Of a DNA stretch of 64,000 nt, positions 55,431 through 64,000 are shown piece by piece (position 1 is the stretch's first letter; each line of letters opens with the position of its first letter). The notes beneath the pieces are model-generated. The model was not told the DNA's origin. It was given only the letters and a program-made list of their open reading frames with translations, and did not search any database. The translations under genes and the position numbers were made by a program. This DNA comes from the human T2T-CHM13v2.0 reference genome, Homo sapiens. The stretch lies in assembly GCF_009914755.1 (NCBI RefSeq), contig NC_060933.1. One strand, given 5' to 3'.

Positions 55431-58400
55431 TTCCATTCTATTCCGTACCATTCCATTCCATCCCATTCCATTCCATTCCATTCCATGCCATTACACTCGG
55501 GTTGATTCCATTCCTTTCCATTCCATTCTTGTTGAATCCATTCCATTCCATTCCATTATATTCGAATCCATTCCATTCCATTCGAATCCATTCCATTGCA
55601 CTCGGTTTGATTCCATTCCATTCCATTCCATTCCATTTCATTCCATTCCCTTCCATTTCATTCGGACAGATTCTATTCAATTCCCTTACACTCTATTACA
55701 TTCCATTCCATTCGGGATGTTTCCATTCCATTCCATTCCATTCCATTCCATTCCATTCCATTGCATCGGGATCATTCCATTCCATTCCATTCCATTCCAT
55801 TCCATTCCATTCCATTCCGGATGATTCCATTCCATTGCATTCAATTCCATTCCATTGCATTCAATTCCATTCCATTCCCCTGCACTCGGGTTCATTACAT
55901 TCCATTCCATTCCCTTCCATTCCTTTCCATTCCATTCCATTCCATTCTATTCGGGTTAATTCCATTCCATTCCACTCCATTCCATTCCATTCCATTCCAT
56001 TCCATTCCAATCGAGTTGATTCCATTCCATTCCATTGCATTCCGTTCCAGATGATTCCATTCCATTGCATTCCATTCCATTCCATTCCCGTGCAGTCGGG
56101 TTGATTCCATTCCATTCCATTCCATTCCACTCCATTCTGTTCCGTTCCATTCCATTCCATTCCATTCCATTCTATTCGGGTTAATTCCATTCCATTCCAT
56201 TCCATTCCATTCCATTCCATTCCATTCCATTCAAATTCCATTCCACTCCATTCCAATCGAGTTGATTCCATTCCATTCCGTTCCATTCCATTCCACTCCA
56301 TTCCAGTCCTTTCCATTACATTCCACTCGGGTTGATTCCATTCTATTCATTTCTATTCCATTCCATTCCATTGCAATCGAGTTGATTCCATTTTTTTGCA
56401 TTCCATTCCATTCCATTCCATTCCGGATGATTCCATTCCATTGCATTCCATTCCATTCCATTCCCCTGCACTCAGGTTGATTCCATTCCATTCCACTCCA
56501 TTCCGTTCCATTCTATTCCATTCCATTGTATTCGGGTTAATTCCATTCCATTCCATTCCATTCCATTCCATTCCATTCCATTCCATTCCATTACAATCGA
56601 GTTGATTCCATTCCATTCCATTCCATACCATTCCATTCCATTCCATTCCATTCCATTCCATTCCATTCCGTTCCATTCCGTTCCATTCCATTCCATTCCG
56701 TTCTATTCGGGATAATTCCATTCCATTCCATTCCATTCCATTCCATTCTATTCGTGTTAATGCCATTCCATTCTATTCCATTCCATTCCATTGAAATCGA
56801 GTTGATTCCATTCCATTCCATTCCATTCCATTCCGGATGATTCCATTCCATTGCATTCCCTTCCATTCCATTCCCCTGCACTCGGGTTGAATCCATTCCA
56901 TTCCATTCCATTACATTCCGTTCCATTCCATTCCATTCCATTCTATTCGGGTTAATTCCATTCCATTCCATTCCACTCCATTCCAGTCCTTTGCATTCCA
57001 TTCCACTCGAGTTGATTCCATTCTATTCCTTTCCATTCCATTCCATTAAATTGCAATCGAGTTGATTCCATTCGAGTTGAATCCATTCCATTCCATTCCA
57101 TTCCATTACATTGCACACGGGTTCATTCCATTCCATTCCATTAAATTCCATTCCATTCCATTTCATTCCATTCCATTCTATTCCGTACCATTCCATTCCA
57201 TCCCATTATATTCCATTCCGTTCCATTCCATCCCATTCCATTCCATTCCATTCCATTCCATGCCATTACACTCGGGTTGATTCCATTCCTTTGCATTCCA
57301 TTCTTGTTGAATCCATTCCATTCCATTCCATTCCTTTCGAATCCATTCCATTGCACTCGGGTTGATTCCATTCCATTCCATTCCATTCCATTTCATTCCA
57401 TTCCATTCCATTACATTCGGGCTGATTCTATTCAATTCCCTTACACTCCATTACATTCCATTCCATTCGCGATGTTTCCATTCCATTCCATTCCATTCCA
57501 CTCCATTCCATTGCACGCGGGTTGATTCCATTCCATTTCATTCCATTCCATTCCATTCCATTCCATTCTGGAAGATTCCTTTCCATTGCATTCCATTCCA
57601 TTCCATTCCCCTGCACTCGCGTTGATTCCATTCCATTCCATTCCATTCCATTCCATTCCGTTCGGTTCCGTTCCATTCCATTCCATTCCATTCCATTGCA
57701 TTCCACTCCATTCCACTGCATCAGGTTGATTGCATTCCATTCCATTCCATTCCATTCCGGATGATTCCATTCCATTGCATTCCATTCCATTCCATTCCCC
57801 TGCACTCGGGTTGAATCCATTCCATTCCATTCCATTACATTCCGTTCCATTCCATTCCATTCCATTCTATTCGGGTTAATTCCATTCCATTCCATTCCAC
57901 TCCTTTCCAGTCCTTTGCATTCCATTCCACTCGGGTTGATTCCATTCTATTCCTTTCCATTCCATTCCATTAAATTGCAATCGAGTTGATTCCATTCGAG
58001 TTGAATCCATTCCATTCCATTCCATTACATTACATTGCACACGGGTTCATTCCATTCCATTCCATTAAATTCCATTCCATTCCATTTCATTCCATTCCAT
58101 TCTATTCCGTACCATTCCATTCCATCCCATTATATTCCATTCCATTCCATTCCATCCCATTCCATTCCATTGCATTCCATTCCATGCCATTACACTCGGG
58201 TTGATTCCATTCCTTTGCATTCCATTCTTGTTGAATCCATTCCATTCCATTCCATTCCTTTCGAATCCATTCCATTGCACTCGGGTTGATTCCATTCCAT
58301 TCCATTCCATTCCATTTCATTCCATTCCATTCCATTACATTCGGGTTGATTCTATTCAATTCCCTTACACTCCATTACATTCCATTCCATTCGCGATGTT

Positions 58401-61400
58401 TCCATTCCATTCCATTCCATTCCATTCCACTCCATTCCATTGCATCTGGTTGATTGCATTCCATTCCATTCCATTCCATTCCGGATGATTCCATTCCATT
58501 GCATTCCATTCCATTCCATTCCCCTGCACTCGGGTTGATTACATTGCATTCCATTCCCTTCCATTCCTTTCCATTCCATTCCACTCCATTGCAATCGAGT
58601 TGATTCCATTCCATTCCATTCCATTCCATTCCGGATGATTTCATTCCATTGCATTCCATTCCATTCCATTCCCCTGCACTCGGATTGATTCCCTTCCATT
58701 TCATTCCATTACATTCCGTTCCATTCCATTTCATTCCATTCTATTCAGGTTAATTCCATTCCATTCCATTCAATTCCATTCCATTCCAATCGAGTTGATT
58801 CCATTCCATTCTATTCCATTCCATTCCATTCCATTCCATTCCAATCGATTTGATTCCATTCCGTTCCATTCCATTCCACTCCATTCCAGTCCTTTCCATT
58901 CCATTCCACTCGGGTTGATTCCATTCTATTCCTTCCCATTCCATTCCATTCCATTCCACTGGGGTTGATTCCATTCTATTCCTTTCCATTCCATTCCATT
59001 CCATTGCAATCGAGTTGATTCCTTTCGAGTTGAATCCATTCCATTCCATTCCATTCCATTACACTGCACAGGGGTTCATTCCATTCCATTCCATTCCATT
59101 CCATTCCATTCCATTCCACTCCATTTCATTCCATTCCATTCTATTCCGTACCATTCCATTACATCCCATTCCATTCCATTCCATTCCATGCCATTGCACT
59201 CGGGTTGATTCCATTCCTTTCCATTCCATTCTTGTTGAATCCATTCCATTCCATTCCATTCCATTCGAATACATTCCATTGCACTCGGTTTGATTCCATT
59301 CCATTCCATTCCATTCCATTTCATTCCATTCCCTTCCATTACATTCGGACTGATTCTATTCAATTCCCTTACACTCCATTACATTCCAATCCATTCGGGA
59401 TGTTTCCATTCCATTCCATTCCATTCCATTCCATTCCATTCCATTGCATCGGGTTGATTCCATTCCATTCCATTCCATTCCATTCCGGATGATTCCATTC
59501 CATTGCATTCAATTCCATCCCATTCTCCTGCACTCGGGTTCATTACATTCCATTCCATTCCCTTCCATTCCTTTCCATTCCATTCCATTCCATTCTATTC
59601 GGGTTAATTCCATTCCATTCCAGTCCATTCCATTCCATTCCATTCCATTCCATTCCATTCCATTCCATTCCATTCCATTGCAATCTAGTTGATTCCATTC
59701 CATTCCATTCCATTCCGTTCCGGATGATTCCATTCCATTGCATTCCATTCCATTCCATTCCCGTGTAGTCGGGTTGATTCCATTCCATTCCATTCCATTC
59801 CATTCCGTTCCGTTCCATTCCATTCCATTCCATTCCATTCTATTCGGGTTAATTCCATTCCATTCCATTGCATTCCATTCCATTCCATTCCATTCAAATT
59901 CCATTCCACTCCATTCCAATCGAGTTGATTCCATTCCATTCCGTTCCATTCCATTCCACTCCATTCCAGTCCTTTCCATTCCATTCCACTCGGGTTGATT
60001 CCATTCTATTCATTTCCATTCCATTCCATTCCATTGCAATCGAGTTGATTCCATTGTTTTCATTGCATTCCATTCCATTCCGGATGATTCCATTCCATTG
60101 CATTCCATTGCATTCCATTCCCCTGCACTCGGGTTGATTCCATTCCATTCCACTCCATTCCGTTCCATTCCATTCCATTCCATTGTATTTGGTTCAATTC
60201 CATTCCATTCCATTCCATTCCATTCCATTCCATTCCATTCCATTACAATCGAGTTGATTCCATTCCATTCCATTCCATACCATTCCATTCCATTCCATTC
60301 CATTCCATTCCATTCCATTCCGTTCCATTCCGTTCCGTTCCATTCCATTCCATTCTACTCGTATTAATTCCATTCCATTCCATTCCATTCCATTCTATTC
60401 CATTCCATTGCAATCGAGTTGAATCCATTGCATTTCATTCCATTCCATTCCATTCCATTCCGGAAGATTCCATTCCATTGCATTCCATTCCATTCCATTC
60501 CCCTGCACTCGCGTTGATTCCGTTCCATTCCATTCCATTCCATTCCATTCCGTTCCGTTCCATTCCATTCCATTCCATTCCATTCCATTCCATTCCGTTA
60601 CGTTCCATTCCATTCCATTCCATTCTATTCGGGTTAATTCCATTCCATTCCATTCTTTTCGGGTTAATTCCATTCCATTCCATTCGATTGCAATCGAGTT
60701 GATTCCATTCCATTCCATTCCATTCCATTCCATTCCATTCCATTCCGTTCCATTCCATTACGGATGATTCCATTCCTTTGCATTCCATTCCATTCCATTC
60801 CCCTGTACTCGGGTTGATTCCATTCCATTCCATTCCATTCCATGCCATTCCACTCGTGTTGATTCCATTCTTTCCATTCCATTCAAGTTGAATCCATTCC
60901 ATTGCATTCCATTCCATTCGATTCCATTCGATTGCACTCGTGTTGATTCCATTCCATTGCATTCCATTCCATTCCATTCCGTTCCATTCCATTCCATTCC
61001 ATTCGGATTGATTCTATTCAATTCCCTTACACTCCATTACATTCCATTCTATTCGGGTAGTTTGCATTCCATTCCATTCCATTCCTCTCCATTCCATTGC
61101 ATTCGGGTTAATTCCATTCCATTCCATTCCATTCCATTCCATTCCATTCCGGATGATTCCATTCCACTGAATTCCATTCCATTCCATTCCCCTGCACTTG
61201 GGTTGATTCCATTCCTTTCCATTCCATTCCTCTCCGTTCCATTCCATTCCATTCCATTCCATTCCATTCCATTCTATTCGTGTTAATTCCATTCCATTCT
61301 ATTCCATTCCATTCCATTGAAATCGAGTTGATTCCATTCCATTCCATTCCATTCCATTCCATTCCGGATGATTCCATTCCATTGCATTCCATTCCATTCC

Positions 61401-64000
61401 ATTCCCCTGCACTCGGGTTGAATCCATTCCATTCCATTCCATTACATTCCGTTCCATTCCATTCCATTCCATTCTATTCGAGTTAATTCCATTCCATTCC
61501 ATTCCACTCCATTCCAGTCCTTTGCATTCCATTCCACTCGGGTTGATTCCATTCTATTCCTTTCCATTCCATTCCATTCCATTGCAATCGAGTTGATTCC
61601 ATTCGAGTTGAATACATTCCATTCCATTCCATTCCATTACATTGCACACGGGTTCATTCCATTCCATTCCATTAAATTCCATTCCATTCCATTTCATTCC
61701 ATTCCATTCTATTCCGTACCATTCCATTCCATCCCATTCCATTCCATTCCATTCCATTCCATGCCATTACACTCGGGTTGATTCCATTCCTTTCCATTCC
61801 ATTCTTGTTGAATCCATTCCATTCCATTGCATTCCATTCGAATCCATTCCATTGCACTCCGGTTGATTTCATTCCATTCCATTCCATTCCATTTCATTCC
61901 ATTCCTTTCCATTACATTCGGATTGATTCTATTCAATTCCTTTACACTCCATTACATTACATTCCATTCGGGATGTTTCCATTCCATTCCATTGCATTCC
62001 ACTCCATTCCATTGCATCGGGTTGATTGCATTCCATTCCATTCCATTCCATTCCGGATGACTCCATTCCATTGCATTCCATTCCATTCCATTCCCCTGCA
62101 CTCGGGTTGATTACATTCCATTCCATTCCCTTCCATTCCTTTCCATTCCATTCCACTCCATTGCAATCGAGTTGATTCCATTCCATTCCATTCCATTCCA
62201 TTCCATTCCATTCCATTCCGGATGATTGCATTCCATGGCATTCCATTCCATTCCATTCCCCTGCACTCGGGTTGATTCCATTCCATTTCATTACATTACA
62301 TTCCGTTCCATTCCATTCCATTCCATTCTATTCCGGTAAATTCTATTCCATTCCATTCCATTCCATTCCATTCCATTCCATTCCATTCCATTCCATTGCA
62401 ATCTAGTTGATTCGACTCCATTCCATTCCATTCCATTCCATTCCAATCGAATTGATTCCATTCCATTCCATTCCATTCCAGTCCATTCCAGTCCTTTCCA
62501 TTCCATTCCACTCGGGTTGATTCCATTCTATTCCTTTCCATTCCATTCCATTCCATTGCAGTCGAGTTGATTCCATTCCATTTCATTCCATTCCATTCCA
62601 TTCCATTCCATTCCAATGGATTTAATTCCATTCCATTCCATTCCATTCCACTCCATTCCAGTCCTTTCCATACTATACCACTCGGGTTGATTCCATTCTA
62701 TTCCTTTCCACTCCATTCCATTCCATTGCAATCGAGTTGATTCCTTTCGAGTTGAATCCATTCCATTCCATTCCATTCTATTACATTGCACACGGGTTCA
62801 TTCTATTCCATTCCATTCCATTCCATTCCATTCCATTTCATTCCATTCCATTCTATTCCGTACCATTCCATTCCATCCCATTCCATTCCATTCCATTCCA
62901 TGCCATTACACTCGGGTTGATACCATTCCTTTCCATTCCATTCTTGTTGAATCCATTCCATTCCATTCCATTCCATTCGAATCCATTCCATTGCACTCGG
63001 TTTGATTCCATTCCATTCCATTCCATTCCATTCCATTCCATTTCATTCCATTCCCTTCCATTACATTCGGACTGATTCTATTCAATTCCCTTACACTCCA
63101 ATACATTCCATTCCATTCGGTATGTTTCCATTCCATTCCATTCCATTCCATTGCATCGGGTTGATTCCATTCCATTCCATTCCATTCCATTCCATTCCAT
63201 TCCGGATGATTCCATTCCATTGCATTCCATTCCATTCCATTCCCGTGCAGTCGGGTTGATTCCATTCCATTCCATTCCATTCCATTCCATTCCATTCCAT
63301 TCCATACCGTTCCATTCCATTCCATTCCATTCCATTCTATTCGGGTTAATTCCATTCCATTCCATTCCATTCCATTCCATTCCATTCAAATTCCATTCCA
63401 CTCCATTCCAATCGAGTTGATTCCATTCCATTCCGTTCCATTCCATTCCACTCCATTCCAGTCCTTTCCATTCCATTCCACTCGGGTTGATTCCATTTTA
63501 TTCATTTCCATTCCATTCCATTCCATTGCAATCGAGTTGATTCCATTGTTTTGCATTCCATTCCATTCCATTCCATTCCGGATGATTCCATTCCATTGCA
63601 TTCCATTCCATTCCACTCCCCTGCTCTCGGGTTGATTCCATTCCATTCCACTCCATTCCGTTCCATTCCATTCCATTCCATTGTATTCGAGTTAATTCCA
63701 TTCCATTCCATTTCATTCCATTCCATTCCATTACAATCGAGTTGATTCCATTCCATTCCATTCCATACCATTCCATTCCATTCCATTCCATTCCATTCCA
63801 TTCCATTCCATTCCATTCCGTTCCATTCCGTTCCATTCCATTGCATTCCATTCCATTCCGGATGATTCCATTCCATTGAATTCCATTCCATTCCTTTCCC
63901 CTGCACTTGGGTTGATTCCATTCCATTCTATTCCATTCCATTCCATTCCATTCCATTCCATTCCATTCCATTCCATTCCATTCCATTTCTTTCCATTCCA
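55431..64000 (+). repeat. HSat3 sub-domain III with about 3.5-3.7 kb higher-order periodicity
   Basis: Marked by ATTCTTGTTGAATCC, ATGCCATTACACTCGG, TTGCATCGGG, CCCGTGCAGTCGGG and the +1 word CATTCAAATTCC at 56232, 59895 and 63387 (spacings 3663 and 3492). Confidence 0.8.
56810..58480 (+). repeat. Tandem duplication at 924-bp offset
   Basis: ATTAAATTGCAATCG, ATCCCATTATATTCC, CCTTTCGAATCC and TTCGCGATGTTTCC recur at +924. ORF pairs 57062/57986, 57141/58065 and 57277/58201 agree. Confidence 0.9.

Larger units (their letters stand above)
1..64000 (+). repeat. Satellite III (HSat3) array, (CATTC)n with interspersed ACTCGGGTTG-type variant units; C/T-rich strand on +, (GGAAT)n on -
   Basis: Every line is tandem ATTCC with substitution variants. 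The recurrent (ATTCC)n-ACTCGGGTTG pattern is the classical Satellite III signature. No non-satellite sequence or strand switch was seen. Chromosome and subfamily cannot be assigned by eye; large irregular HSat3B-type arrays such as 9q12 are a plausible guess only. Confidence 0.98.

Noticed and set aside
54-63986. Hundreds of overlapping ORFs with MEWNG or IPFHS repeats
   Set aside because: (GGAAT)n and (ATTCC)n have no stop codon in any frame. The ORFs overlap in all six frames and show no domain structure, so they are not genes.
1-64000. CRISPR-like or coded repeat-spacer system
   Set aside because: The intervening words are recurrent pentamer derivatives, not unique spacers. There is no constant repeat or spacer length, leader or cas gene.
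1-64000. Transposon insertion, rRNA/tRNA gene, alpha satellite or telomeric repeat
   Set aside because: No stretch departs from the pentamer lattice, and there is no poly-A tail, 171-bp monomer or TTAGGG array. Isolated TTAGGG matches (e.g. about 3779, 48207) are point variants of TTCGGG.
1-64000. Satellite II (HSat2) assignment
   Set aside because: HSat2 is dominated by CATTCGATTC in diverged units of about 23-26 bp. Here long pure CATTC runs and ACTCGGGTTG words dominate, and CATTCGATTC is only occasional.
1-64000. Strand inversion within the array
   Set aside because: I saw no (GGAAT)n run on the + strand; orientation is constant.

Overview
The whole 64 kb is one uninterrupted block of classical Satellite III DNA (HSat3; human or great-ape pericentromeric heterochromatin). 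It consists of (CATTC)n/(ATTCC)n pentamers on the + strand, interspersed with diagnostic variant words such as ACTCGGGTTG, AATCGAGTTG, ATTCGGGTTA and CCGGATGATT. Orientation is constant throughout, and I see no genes, RNA genes, transposons or CRISPR arrays. All listed ORFs (MEWNG/IPFHS repeats) are artefacts of a stop-free pentamer. I found no new gene system. The structure worth reporting is inside the satellite: (i) three sub-domains with different variant vocabularies (about 1-34.7 kb, 34.7-55.4 kb and 55.4-64 kb); (ii) reusable modules joined in a semi-fixed order; (iii) many recent tandem and dispersed duplications whose breakpoints keep the 5-bp register; (iv) blocks of one domain embedded in another; (v) about 20 perfect three-unit heat-shock elements (aTTCc gGAAg aTTCc), almost all in the first domain. 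Coordinates and counts were read by eye, and boundaries inside pentamer runs are approximate (tens of bp).
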